The notes beneath the pieces are model-generated. The model worked only from the letters and a program-made list of their open reading frames with translations. It had not been told where the DNA came from and did no database searches. Shown piece by piece: positions 38,091-51,631 of a stretch of 64,000 nt of DNA. The DNA lies in contig NC_043001.1 of NCBI RefSeq assembly GCF_006345805.1, positions 81,220,001-81,284,000 of the forward strand, written 5' to 3'. The stretch's first letter is position 1; every line of letters starts with the position of its first letter. The position numbers were made by a program, and so were the translations under genes. Origin of the DNA: Octopus sinensis (taxonomy: Eukaryota).

Positions 38091-38881
38091 ATAGATTATG
38101 TGGAAAAATATGCTTGTGTAGCAAAGAAAAAGTGAAAAATTAGTATCAAGGTAGTGACAAAAGTGTTGTACAAGCTTTTGTCACTTAATTCCAATGACGT
38201 TTAGAACTATCACTTTCATTTCATTTCTTGATCCATTTTATAGTTTATAAAGTTCTGTAGTGATGAATGTGTGGTGAAAAGTCACACCTGCACACATAAC
38301 AAGGATCAAAGTAAATCAGAACAATCAGGCTGAATGTGAGCCAGCTATCATCTGACAAAGTGAGGCAATCATTGTGTGTCTGTATGTGTGTGCGAGTTAT
38401 ACTATTACAAGAAGAAGGGTGATAGTGACTTCAAAGTTTTGACCTACTAGTCTTCATTGCACTCTACAAAGATGGATTGAGTTATTCTTCAGTTTAATAT
38501 TAGATTGTTTCCACCATAACACAAGAGGTAAACAAGCATTTGTGTGTGTGTATGTATGTGTACATTTGTATATAAGTATGTATAAGTACGCACGCACACA
38601 CACATACGTGCACACAGATACACGAGTGTTATAAGTTTTTTAGAATAAAAGTATATATTAGAATTTACTGATATGTATAAGTATTTGCATACACACATAT
38701 TCACTAGTGTGTAAATTGTAAAATAGACAAGAAAATATAAATATATATATTTCAGGTTTATTCAGGTTTATGTATTTACTCTTTTCATTTGTTTCATATT
38801 ATAATAATCCCAAATAGGAAAAAAAAAACATTAAAAATTTTCAAATCTGAATGTTTCCTCTTCCCTAATTACATAGTTAAT

Positions 38882-38883
<2 letters not shown>

Positions 38884-38967
<84 letters not shown>
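38884..38967. repeat. Pure (CT)n array
   Basis: Directly visible. Confidence 0.97.
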
Positions 38968-38969
<2 letters not shown>

Positions 38970-39341
38970 CACATGCACACACACACAGTACTTTTTATTT
39001 TGGTTAAGTCAGTCACTTGCTACTGAGTTTCACCTGTCAGAGCACAGGCTCTTCAGGCAAGTTACGAATATTGTTAATCTCTAGCATGATATCAAGTACT
39101 CTTCTGGTAGTTAACACTAAATGGACATGTTCACATATGTATTACTTGTCTCATTCATTGGACAGCCGTGACACTTTGACAAATTTAGCTGATTGATTGA
39201 TTATTTGATTGATTGACCAAACAATTAATTAGTTAATTTGTTAAATAGTTACCCAATTAAAAAATAAAGAAGTGAAATAGAACCAGTGCATATGTATATT
39301 ATTGGCATGATGACCTTTATGAAATACAATAGGATTATGTA

Positions 39342-39730
39342 CAGGTGTAGCTGTGTGGTAAGAAGTTTGCTTCCCAATCACATGGTTCTGGGCTCAGTCT
39401 TCTTGCATGGCACTTTGGACAAGTGTCTTCTACTAGAGCCTCAGGTTGACTGAAGCCTTGTGAGTAGATTTGGTAGATGGAAACTGAAAGAAGTCCTTCA
39501 TATTTATATATGTGTGTGTGTGTCTGTGTTTGTCCCTCACCACTGCTTGACACCTAGTGTTGGTGTGTTTACATCCTCATAACATAGCAGTTCAGCAATA
39601 GAGACTAATAGAATAAGTACCAGGCTTAATAAAAAATAAGAACCGGTGTTGATCCATTCAACCAAAACTAACACTTCAAGGTGGTGTCCTAACATGGTTG
39701 CAGTCTAACGAATAAATCTAGTAAAAGATA
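39342..39730 (+). mobile_element. SINE family A, full length
   Basis: Colinear with the family. Confidence 0.85.
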
Positions 39731-40676
39731 CTAGAATATTCCGGTAAAGTTATATTTTGGTTTTTTGGTTAGCCAAAGTGCTTGCTTCAGTTTCTTTAGC
39801 ATCTCTTCAATCTCTCTTGATTTCTTATCAGTTTCTTGGCTCCCTAACCCCCACACCACTGCTCTCATCATTATTGAGCTCATGTGATTCTAACAAGCGG
39901 TTTTTCCTAGTAATAAATGTTGCAAAGCTTAGATTCCTATGAAAGGTCTTTTACAGTTGAATTCCTTCGTTAGTGTCCGGGGGAGCGGTAGAGTGCAATG
40001 TTCTTCCAAACCTATTTCAGCATCCATTACTCTAGACGGTTTTTGAATGACAAGAAATAACTGAGGAAGGAGTTGGGGTAGGAGGTGAGTTCCTTGCCCA
40101 CCATGCTGCAGAGAAAGAGAGAGTAGAAGAGGTAAAGAGGATTAGTAAGAGTCAAATAGAGACAAAGCAGAAAGAGTAAGTAGTAGAGGGGAAAAAGATA
40201 GAAACTAAGTAAAGAGGGATGAGAGAGAGAGAGAGAGAGAGAGAGACAGCAAAAGGTAAGGAGAAACAGGAAGAGTGATAAGAGAAAGAGATAGTAAATA
40301 AAGATAAGCTCTTAAAGAGGATAGAAAGAACATTAAATCATATATATGTGTGTATATGTATATATTTAACATTCATGAATATGAATATATGTATCTAAAT
40401 ATCTATCTATTCATCTATCTATCTATCTATCTAGATAGATAGATAGATATATATATATAGAGATAGATAGACAGACAGATATTCAGAAATTAGAAATATG
40501 TGTGTGTGTGTGTATTCATAATTACATGTCTGGATACAAGTATGTTTATATGCGTGTATGAATGCATACATTAGCCTCTGTGTGTGTATATATATATATA
40601 TATATATTTATATAGTATAAATATATACATGTGTGTGTGTATATATATATATATTTATATAGTATAAATATATACA

Positions 40677-40707
<31 letters not shown>

Positions 40708-41280
40708 TTATATACACATGCATATGTGCATGTGTTTAAAGAAGTGTCATTTTATATGCATATTATAGACTCATAGCAATTACATTTCCTTTGGTGTAGA
40801 CAGAAAGGGCTTTCAGGAACCCCTAAGGGTGATACTTTTATAATGATATTTGGGACATTTTCATTCCCATCGCATGTCCTGTTGTTATAACATCTATAAG
40901 TGTTCTTTTCCCCCTTCTCTCCTCTTATAATTTGTCTTCAGTGATCAAACTACCACAAATGTAAGAAACATAACTTTTCGATATATATTCGCTGCTCATC
41001 GGTTTCATTGGTATTTTATATTCTTCTGTATTTATCTTACCTATCTGTCATTTCAGTCATATATAAATATACATATGTGTGTGTGTGTGTGCTAACATAT
41101 ATACATATATATAGGAAAGAGGTAAATGTAGGAGAAAGATGTATGTAAAAGCCTGCTTATTATTTAGTTGTATGTCTTTCTTTTATCATGTTCCAATCAT
41201 TGGAAATCTGCTTCAATGAATTCCGTCTGATCCATACAAGCATAAAAAAGGTGACCATTAAATGGTAATGAAATGGGGAT

Positions 41281-41379
<99 letters not shown>

Positions 41380-41890
41380 CAATAGATAGAAAGTTAAGTA
41401 GGCACGTGTATGTAGGTAAGTAGACAAATAGGTAGGTGAAGGATGGATGGATAGATAGAAAGAAAGGTAAGTAGATAGGTGTGGGTAGGTAGGTAGATAG
41501 ATAGTTAGATAGAATGATAGATAGATAGATAGGTAAGTAGGTAGGTAGGTGTAGATAAGTAGGTAAATAGGTAGGTGGATGGATAGATAGATATATAGAA
41601 AGGTAAGTAGATAGGTGTAGGTAAGTAGATAGATGGTAAAATAAGAAATTAGGTAACATAAGTAGGTAGGTAAGTAGATAGGTGAGTTGGCAGATAGGTG
41701 GACAGAGAAAGTGAGAGATAGATGGGTAGATAGATAGGCAGAGAAGGTGAGAGACAGATGGGTAGGTAGACAGATAGACAAACAGATAGATATGTAGTAA
41801 ACAGATAGATATGTAGACAGAGGATGAGAGAGAGAGAGAGACAGATGGGTAGATAAATATATGGGTGGGTAGATGGATAGCTAGATATAG
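41281..41890. repeat. (GATA)n array grading into degenerate GATA/GGTA low complexity
   Basis: Directly visible. Confidence 0.95.
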
Positions 41891-42413
41891 GAATAAGTAC
41901 ATAGGTAGACACACACCTACCAATATCCAAATAATCAACAACACTTCTTTTGTATCTACTTTGTATTTTATCATATTAGTTGTACATTGAGAAATAGGTT
42001 GGGAAATTGAAGGCAAAAGATTAAATAACAGAATAAAATAAAGGTAATTAAATAAAAAATAAATGTAGAAGAGAAGATAAGATATAAAGATGAAGAATAA
42101 AAGCTTGTTTACATTTTTATAAGAATGTGAAAGATTTTTATTTTTTATATTTGTTTTACTTTTATCTTTTATTTTTTGGTATCATTTGTTTTTCCATTTA
42201 TTCATTTTGTTGAATTTACTTTTTTATTCTGCCCTTCCCCACCATTAGATTTGTATTATTATTTTTTTAATTATTGATTGATTGATTGATTGGTTTTGAG
42301 GTTTCATTCCTTCTGTGTCAAAGGAAGAAAGGTAAAAAAAAAAAACAGGAGAAAAGAAGATAGAATAACAGAAAGGGAGCAATCTGGAAAGAGAGAGAGA
42401 GATGGCTGGAAAC

Positions 42414-42453
<40 letters not shown>

Positions 42454-42592
42454 AGAAAGAGGGGGGAGGCTGGAGACAAAATTAGAAAAAAAGAGAGAGA
42501 AGGAATTATAATGCCATTAACTGAAACAACAGTATTGCTGTTGCTGCTGCTGCAACTACTGCTACTACTATACTTTGTGATGATGGTAATTA

Positions 42593-43468
42593 TTTCTAAT
42601 TTACACAGAAGGCCAGTAATTTTGAGAAGCAAGGGCTAGTTGATTACACTGACCCCAGTATTTGTCTGTTACTTTATTTTATTGCTTGTAGTGAGATGAA
42701 AGGCATGGTTGACCCGAACAAGATTTGAACTCTAGGACGATATAGATAGCTATTTCAAATTATAGCAAAAGGCCAGCAATTTTGGGAGAGGCAGTAAATC
42801 AATTGCATCAACCCTAGTGTTGAACAGGTACTTATTTTATTGACCCCAAAAGGAGGAAAGGCAAAGTTGACCTCAGCAGAATTTGAACTCAGAATGGGAA
42901 GATGGTCAGAATGCCACTAAATGTTTTGCTGGGCGTGCTAATGATTCTACCAGCTCAGTGTCTTAATAATAATAATAATGATAATATTGATCCTAGTGGG
43001 ATGAAAGCAAGGTTGACCTCAGCTGTATTTGAACTAAGAAATGATATAAACAATTATTTCAAATTCTGGCATAAGGCCAGCAGTTTTAGAGGAGAGGGTA
43101 AGTCAGTTATATTGACTTCAGTATTCAATTGGTACTTAGCTTATCAACCCTGAAAGGATGAAAGGTAAAGTCAACCTCAGCAGAATTTGAACTCAGAACA
43201 TAAAGCCAGAGGAAATGCTCATAAGCATTTTGCCCTGCATGCTAATTGTTCTGCTAGTTTGCTAATAATGGTTTCAAATTTTGCCACAAGGGCAGCAGTT
43301 TTGGGGGAGGGGATGAGTCAATAACATTAACTCCAGTTTTCAACTGGTACTTATGTTTTAAGACAAAATCAACCTTAGCAGAATTTGAACTCGGAATGGA
43401 GCAATATGCAAAATACCACCAAGCATTTTATCCAGTGTGCTAACAATTCTGCCAGCCTCACCACCTTG
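42593..43468 (-). mobile_element. Cluster of about five partial SINE-B copies
   Basis: Repeated aaggccagcaatttt...ggtacttattttattgacccc...gcagaatttgaactcagaa. Confidence 0.8.
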
Positions 43469-43694
43469 CTAATGGTAATGGTTTCTAATATAAGGTGCAA
43501 AGCTTGAAACATGAAGGGAATTTGTTAATTTTACTGATGCAAAGAAAGATAGAGAAAGTCAATAGGTTGTCATTGACTGCTCGTGACTATATAGGCACCT
43601 AAAACAAATAGTAAAAACATGGTATATGTTACCAAGGTTTACTCATTCACAGGTGTTAGCTAGCTCTAAGATATATATATACATATATAGATAT

Positions 43695-43744
<50 letters not shown>

Positions 43745-43995
43745 AGAAAGAAATGAGGGTGCATGGAGAAATGAGGGTTTGGGTGTTGCTCTCATAATTG
43801 TGAGATTGTGGGTCAGATTGCTTGACCAAGTGGTGATGCACTGTGTTCTAAACTAAAAACACTTCACCTCATGCTGCTCTGCTATCAATTTGACATCTGG
43901 TGTGTTGCACACCATACACCTGTTCAGCCAATTTGATGAATGAAGAGAGCTTATGTACAGCACAGTCATTTGATCACTATATATAAATCATATGT

Positions 43996-44150
43996 AGGCG
44001 CAGGCATGGCTGTGTGGTTAGGGAGCTTGCTTCTTAGCTACATGGTTTCGGGTTCAGTCCCACTGCATGGCACTTTGGGTAGGTGTCTTCCGCTATAGCC
44101 CCGAGCCGACCGGAGCTTTGTGATTGAATTCGGTAGGTGGAAGTTACTGC
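43996..44150 (+). mobile_element. SINE family A 5' half, CpG-retaining (young) copy
   Basis: aggcgcaggcatggctgtgtgg...gggttcagtcccac...ccccgagccgaccgg. Confidence 0.85.
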
Positions 44151-44457
44151 CGTGTGTGTATATGTGCGTGTAGGTGCTTGTGCCTCTCCGAAAGAGAGAG
44201 AGAGAGAGAGAGAGATATGCAGGTTATTTAGCAAGAAATTGTAGACACCCTTTCTTGGATCAAGAGACTACCACTTTATATATATATATATTATAGCTGG
44301 TCAAAACTTTGAAGTCACTGTCAACAACTTTCTTGTTTAAGAATAATACATTTGTACTCTATAAAAGTATAAAGTATAGAGTAATCCATCAGATTAATTA
44401 AAAAAGTTTTTTATATTATAAATGAACATAAAAACAAACATTAAAATATATACATAC

Positions 44458-44507
<50 letters not shown>

Positions 44508-44533
44508 TGTTTATGCATATAAATGTTAATGTT

Positions 44534-44564
<31 letters not shown>

Positions 44565-45193
44565 CAATGTTTGTATATACATGTGTGTGTGTATACTTAT
44601 TTTGTTTACATATCTTTAAAGAGGTTGCAAAGGGAAATTTTCTCACACACTTCCTTCACTCTTTATACCAACTTACTCTCTCCCTCTCTTTCTCTCTCTG
44701 CTTCCTGTTTACAAATTGTAAAACAGTGATATGTTTGTATGTCTTGTTGCAGTTATTTCCTTCCATACTTTCAACAATCTGTCTATTTGTCTTCCTCTCT
44801 TTGCTAATCGATAACAGCAACAACAGCTACAACTTTGGCACAATAATACGAGTAGCAGTGACAAAAACAGCAACCACCACTACCATCATCACCTCTACCA
44901 CAACTGCTATCACCATTACTACTACAACTACCACAGCTAGCATCACCCCTCTCTACTTCAACCATCACTACTATCATATTCCATTGTTACAACCACCACC
45001 ACCACCACTACAACTATTATCACCATTACAACAACCACCACTATATCTCATAAATTACTGCTACTACCACCTCAACCGTACCAATCAATATCATTTCTAC
45101 TACAGTAACCATACTGTAAGAAAACTTAATCACAATGTCATTTCATAATTACACACCTGTTTATCATCTTTGCACCAGATAACAACAAAATAC

Positions 45194-45836
45194 TTAACCA
45201 TTTTGTTACTGTGTTTCTGTTGAAAAATATTTAAAAGCACTGCTTTTGTTTCAGTTAATTTGGCAAATAATTAGGAATTTAGTAAATTCATTTTTGATGT
45301 TAAGCTGAAGTTTTGAAGATATGAAATTTTGTTGGAAAGTTTTAATTTAGATCACTTTAATACTTATGCTGCTATATTTCTATTGTATTACATTGGCTTT
45401 GTTAAAATTGATTTCAAAAATAATGAAGAACTTGGTAAAATATAGTCATTATTAAACTGGTGCTTGGAATATAAATTAAGATTAATTTTGATGGGAGAGA
45501 GTTTTTGTTTAGTTCACTTTAACCCTTGTGTTACCATATTTATGTTAAAAATAATTCTGCTGCTGTTTCAATTAATTTTGAAAATAATGAAAAATTTAGT
45601 AGAATAAGTTTGTCATTATTCAGCTAATGTTAGGAATATGAATTAACATGAATTTTGATAGCAGATGATTTTAATTTAGATCACTTTAATCCTTCTTACC
45701 ATATTTATGTTGAAAATAACACAGCTTTTGTTTCAATCAATTTTGATAAAAATGAATTTAATAAAATAATTTTGTTAGTACTAAGCTAATATTTGGAATA
45801 GGAATTAACATGAAATTTCGATGGACGGTTAAATTT
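45194..45836 (+). repeat. Four tandem ~163-bp units of MITE family F
   Basis: Units start at ttaacc/ttaatac/ttaaccc/ttaatcc near 45194, 45357, 45519 and 45686; reverse complement of the 21955-22588 unit. Confidence 0.8.
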
Positions 45837-46009
45837 ATACAAATGTTGGGAGAGGAAAATATTATTAAAAATAAATGTTGGAACATATTGTATGGAATAA
45901 TCAACTGATGCAAGTCAGAAATACAAATGTTTAGGTATCACAAGACAAATTATGAGAGAGACAAATTTTTTAAAATAGTGTATTTAATGTTTGAAAAGAA
46001 GAAAAGGAA

Positions 46010-46045
46010 TCTTGACGTTTTAGACAATCGTCCTTCATCAGGAGA
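46010..46045 (-). other. Degenerate minimal hammerhead ribozyme motif (Penelope-like element remnant)
   Basis: Minus strand reads tctc-CTGATGA-a-GGAC-gatt-GTCT-AAAAC-GTC-aaga, against the canonical CUGAUGA-stem II-GAAAC-GUC. Confidence 0.55.
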
Positions 46046-47567
46046 AATATTAAAAGTAAAAAATTAAAGACAGTTAAGTTGTAAACACACATTAACTAAA
46101 ACCATGATGAGCTATTATACATGGTGACTGAAGAATTAAGTAAAATATAAAGATTATATAAATGTATTGTCTAATACATATACATAACAAAGTATGGGAA
46201 ATGCAAATAATAATGCAATATAACACCATCACAATCTTTTTTTTTTTCTCTATTTGCCTCAAGGGCTAGAAAGTCAGACATTGCAATAAATAGTTTTTAA
46301 TATAGATTAACACACAACATATAGAAGAAGCATTTTGGAGTTATGTGCATGTGTGAGTTTTTGTTTATTTAGCATTGCTAAATACATGCAGATATTATAT
46401 ATATACACACATATATACATACGTACATATATATATATGTGTGTGTGTATACACAGACACACACACATACATACAGACAATATCATTTATGAGTTAAAAA
46501 TAGTAATGTGAAACAATAACAATCTGATAAAATAATAAGAATAATAAGAATAATGTTTATAATAATAATAATTTCTTTCATAATAATAATAATCACTGGA
46601 GTGACTATGTTGATGATGGTGCTGATAGCAATTATGAAAGGAGTGATGAGTGAAAAATAGTTCCATGGGGGAATTAACCATTTTTACAGCCTGCAGAAGT
46701 GTTTTAATTACTTTGCAAACTTTTATTTAATTTTCTCCATCTCTTTGTTTGTCTGTGTGTCTGCTTGCCTGCCTGCCTATCAGACGCCTGTCTCCATTGT
46801 GTGTGTGTGTGTGAGAGAGAGAAAAAGAGAGAGAATATGTGTATACAGCTACATGAATGGAGTGTGTGTGTGTGTGTGTGTGTTTGTGTGCATGCCACAT
46901 GATAGCTAAAGGAAATACCTCGGTGGAAACATTCTGTTTACTGAATCTAAATACAATTTTTTATGTGTGTGTGTATGTGTTTATGGTAAAATTCATGTGT
47001 GCGCACGCATACATACACACACAGCTATTTACACTATCTATACGTAAAATGCATATATTATGTGTGTGTATGCATGTATAAAATTCACACAATTTTAGAT
47101 GAGCATGTGTGTATAAAATGCACTCATAACTTTATATATATATACACAGAAACACACACTCTCTCTCTCTCTCTCTCACACACACACAAATGTATACATA
47201 AAATCCACACTCAAAGTGTGTATGAATATGTGTGCATGTGTATAGACAAATTATATATACACACAGAATTTGTGTATGCATGAATGTGCTTGTTTCTGTC
47301 TTGTGTTGTCTTGGCATTGTTTGCATAAAATAGTTTTAAACAACAACACCATCTATGCAACAGTGTCTTATTATCTGTTACATGTCCAGTTTGGCTTGTT
47401 TGGAAGGCTTAGAGAAATAGTGCTATTCTTGGAAACTGGAAAGTGTTGATGATGGGAAGTGTATCCAGCCTTAGTAAACCTACCTCATTAAATTTCATCT
47501 GAGCCATAACATTATGAAAAATTGGATGCAAAGACAGAGATTTTATATGTGTGTATGTGTGTTTATT

Positions 47568-47614
<47 letters not shown>

Positions 47615-47922
47615 TGAGATAATATATTATTCCCATCTTTAATGAAATGTTTCACCTCATAAAATGTTTAATTAACAGGTTACATCATGCTTATGATTTC
47701 TAAAAAGGATGAAATAGTATTTTACATGTTTATTGATGACTAGAAAATTTAAGAAATTCTTATTAAGTAAACAAAAAAAAAATTTGCAAATTCTATGCCT
47801 TTCCCTAATTTCAGTTTCAAATATCAAATCCAGCTTCATATGATGATGGAATGATTATCTCCTGTTTAATAGCTGCAGTTGAGAGGGGGGATCACGTGTG
47901 TGTGTGTGCATGCATGTGCATG

Positions 47923-48296
47923 TCTTTTATCTTGTTTCAGTCATTAGTCTGCTACCACAGTGGGGCATCACCTTAAAAGGATTTAGTCAAACAAATTAAG
48001 TCTAGTACTTTTTTATTCCAAGAAGGGTACTTATTCTATCAGCTTCTTTTTGCTAAGCTATGAAGTTATGGAGAAGTAAACAAACCAGCATGGGTTGCCA
48101 AGTAGTGATGGAGTTCAAGCACACATAGACACACACCCCACATACAAGCACATGCACACACTCACACAAAAGGCTTCTTTCAGCTTCCATCTACCAAATC
48201 CACTCAACCTGGGGTATAGTATAAAAGATGCTTTCCTAAGGTGCCTTGCAGTAGGACTAAACCCAAGACCACATGGTTGGGCAGCAAGTGTCTTAC
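47923..48296 (-). mobile_element. SINE family A, near full length
   Basis: Reverse match to head and tail. Confidence 0.8.
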
Positions 48297-48814
48297 ATGT
48301 CTGTGTGTGTTCTATCGAAGACATGACTCTAAGTTTACTCTTATTTTATGAAAGATTTTTATATTTCCTCATTAGTCTCTTATTAGGAATTCAGAATTTT
48401 TTTCTAGTTTATCTTTTGAATCTGTTGCTGCATTTTGCAGTGTCAGCAAAGGATCTTAAAATGATGTTATGATAAAACCATTAATTGTTTAATGATTAAT
48501 TCCACCTTACTTTTCTAGTTTATTTCACTGGTGCTATATATATCTGATCACTTTAAGGTTATCACTAACCACAAAGAAGCTTTAAATAAGGAAATTATAA
48601 GAGTTAAACATCAGTTAAAAATTAGTAGTGAAATATGTCAATAAACCAAACTGTTGAATAATACATGTACAACATTGATTTTCCAGAACTTTTGGTCCAA
48701 AGCCTTTCTGGATCATTGATTATTTTCCAATCTAGGGGTCAGTAAATTAAACAAATATTAAATTTACCTAAATAACGAAATGAAATACGGATACCTGTAC
48801 ATTATAACTGATAC

Positions 48815-48957
48815 AGGTTTTACATTCTGAATTCAAATTCTGCTCAGATCAATTTTGCCTTTCACCCTCTCAGGGTCCATAAAGTAAGTACCAATTGAAC
48901 ACTGAGGTGGTTGTAATCAATTTAACCCCTCCCTCAAGTTACTGTCCTTGTGGCAAA

Positions 48958-49007
<50 letters not shown>

Positions 49008-49215
49008 GGCAGTGAGCTTGCAAAATCATTAGTGCAACAGACAAAATGCTTAGTGACATTTCTTCTGGTGCCTTACATTCTGAGCTCAAGTTCTGCTGAG
49101 GTTAACTTTGCCTTACATCCTTTCAGGGTCAATAAAATAAGTACCTATTGAGTACTGGGGCCAATGTAATTAACTAGCCCCTTCCCTCAAAATTTCAGTA
49201 GAAACTAGAAAGCAT
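48815..49215 (+). mobile_element. Two tandem SINE-B copies with (ATT)n tails
   Basis: Core tcaaattctgc...tttgcctttcacc/atcc...aagtacc occurs twice. Confidence 0.8.
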
Positions 49216-49235
49216 TATTAGGATTATTATTATTA

Positions 49236-49272
<37 letters not shown>

Positions 49273-49786
49273 AAATAATTAGTGTTATTAAAATCTGTAT
49301 CCTCTCCGTCTTTCTTATTTTTGTAGAAATCAGGAGGTAGTAGAGATAGTGGTAGAGGAAGTGGTGGCTGTTGTTGCTGTGGTGGTGGTTGTAATGTTTT
49401 GGGGGTGGATAAGTTCTTCATTCTTATCTCAGTTTAATTTTGTTATTTTTCTTTCCATTGAAATCTGTAATTCTATTTATTTTTCTGCTTTGATTCTTTA
49501 TTACATATTTATTATTATCTGCCACCTTTCTTTCTTATCTGTTCTGTCTTGGGATTTTAATAACATTAATTTTTCAAAGAATTTTTTTTAAAACAAAATT
49601 TTTTTCCTTTTTCCCATTTTTTTCTTGTTTTTCAAATGTTTGTTCTCTTTATTTTTTATTTATTTATTTGTTTATTTTGAAATTCTGGATTTATCACTAT
49701 GGTTGTTGTTTTAAAAAAAGTAATTACTTTTAGTTGGTGAAAGTGAAGGTGAACATTTAGTTTGTTTGAAATTATATACATGTATA

Positions 49787-49935
49787 CCGTATTTTCCAGC
49801 ATACAAGTTTATGCTGTATATAATGTAAGCACGTAGTGTAAACATTCAAACCGTGTCACTATCTTTCTAAATCCACCAGTGTTTCACATGGAATTGTTGG
49901 TCTCCCAAAGTCATCTTGATGAATAAGTTAACATG
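49787..49935 (+). mobile_element. Partial Tc2-like MITE
   Basis: ta-CCGTATTTTCCAGCATACAAG terminus; internal gtgtaaacattcaaa...tttcacatggaatt is shared with the 58 kb copies. Confidence 0.6.
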
Positions 49936-50106
49936 CATGTAGATATAATACTTATAGAAAGAACAGAAATATACATCAATCCTTGTTTATCACTGATTCA
50001 TTCATTACTGCTTTGAGATAATACAGTATATGCAATTGACTAACTACCCTTCTGCAAAAATGTTCAGTCCTTGAACCTATAATAAAGAGGATTATTATTA
50101 TTAGTA

Positions 50107-50530
50107 AGGTAGCAAGCTAACAGAATTGTTAGCACATTGGGCAAAATGCTTAGTGGTATTTCATCCATCTTTTCATCCTGAAGTTCAAATTCTGCCAAGG
50201 TCTACTTTCAAGGTTGATAAAATAAGTTGAGCATTGGGGTCGATGTAATCGACTTAGCCTCTCCCCTGAAATTGCTGACTTTGTGCCAAAATTTAAAACC
50301 TTTATTATTGTTACTAGTAAGGCAAGCGAACTGACAGAATCGTTAGCACGCCAGGTGAAATGCTTAGTAGTATTTCATCTGTTGCTACGTTCTGCGTTCA
50401 AATTCTGCCAAGGTCGACTTTGTCGTTCATTCTTTCGGGGTTGATAAATTAAGTACCAGTGAAACCACTAGGGTCGATGCGATCAACTAGTCTCCTCCCC
50501 TAAAATTTCAGGCCTTGTGCCTATAGCAGA
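50107..50530 (+). mobile_element. Two tandem SINE-B copies
   Basis: Head gc.aagc.aac..acagaat.gttagcac...caaattctgccaaggtc occurs twice. Confidence 0.85.
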
Positions 50531-51622
50531 GAGGATTATTGTTGTTACGAGTAGCAGCAGCAGTAGCAACAACAGTAGCAGTAATAATGCAAACAATAAT
50601 GTTTTCCATATTGCTTGAAGAAAATCAGAGTTCTTTGTTATTCTATGTCTGTTTGTGTGTCTGCAGAAACATGTTGATATAAAATAGTAAAGGGTGTAGT
50701 GGCAGTAGTGGTGGTGATGGTTGTTCAGGCAGTAGTAGTTCTAGTGGTAGTAGTGATGGTGTTTTAAATTACAACTAGTGGAAGAAAGGAAAGAAATGAG
50801 GTAGTAATGATAGACAGATTAAGTAATCAATTAATAACAGAATTATTTTGGTTTTTAGTTTGTGAATTAATTGTGAAATAGTTTAATATTTTCCTAATTA
50901 CCTTTTGTTGATTAGGTTCATCATTGTTGTCATCATCATCGTCATTGTCTTCATCATCATAGTCCTGTCCATCAATGTTATCAATCATCATTTTCATCAT
51001 TGTTACTATCCAGATGATGATGATGATCTGCATCACCACCACCATCATCATCATCATCATCAATACCACCAGTACCGTCGTCACCACCATTGTATTACAC
51101 TCTTTCACATAATTTTTCTTTATTGAGCTTATTAGCAAAGAATTACTTCAGACCAAAATATCTTACAGCTTTTAACACCTTACAATGGTATAGTTGTTTT
51201 GTTGTTTTTTTTTTCGATATTTTAAGTTTAAATCCTACTTTTTCTTTTGTTTTGCTATTAACATAAACAGACCAGCCATTCACAGGCACAGATGTACTTA
51301 CAAGGCACATCACACACATCATATATGCAGAGAAACTCACATGCATTACATCATTGACAGACAAATGCTCGCACACATCGATCACATATCACATTAGAAA
51401 CAGACTTGTACATACAGAAACATCACGCAATATGCTATACAAACATGCTCACACATCATAGATACATGCATAACACACACACACACATGTACATATTATA
51501 TGTATGCATGTGTGTGTGTGTGTGTGTTAATCAATGTATACAGTATTATAGATCCAATTCAGGTGATCTTCAGAATTGGTTTTAGATAACAACATGGTTG
51601 ACTAACACCATATGCTCTTCAG

Positions 51623-51631
51623 AGATGGCAG
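51623..51631 (+). CDS. Candidate 9-nt plexin microexon (AGATGGCAG)
   Basis: Context gaCTAACaccataTGCtcttcAG|AGATGGCAG|GTATGG. Frame-preserving. No transcript evidence available. Confidence 0.45.

Noticed and set aside
41197-42016. 194 and 252-aa minus-strand ORFs
   Set aside because: (GATA)n-derived repeat translation.
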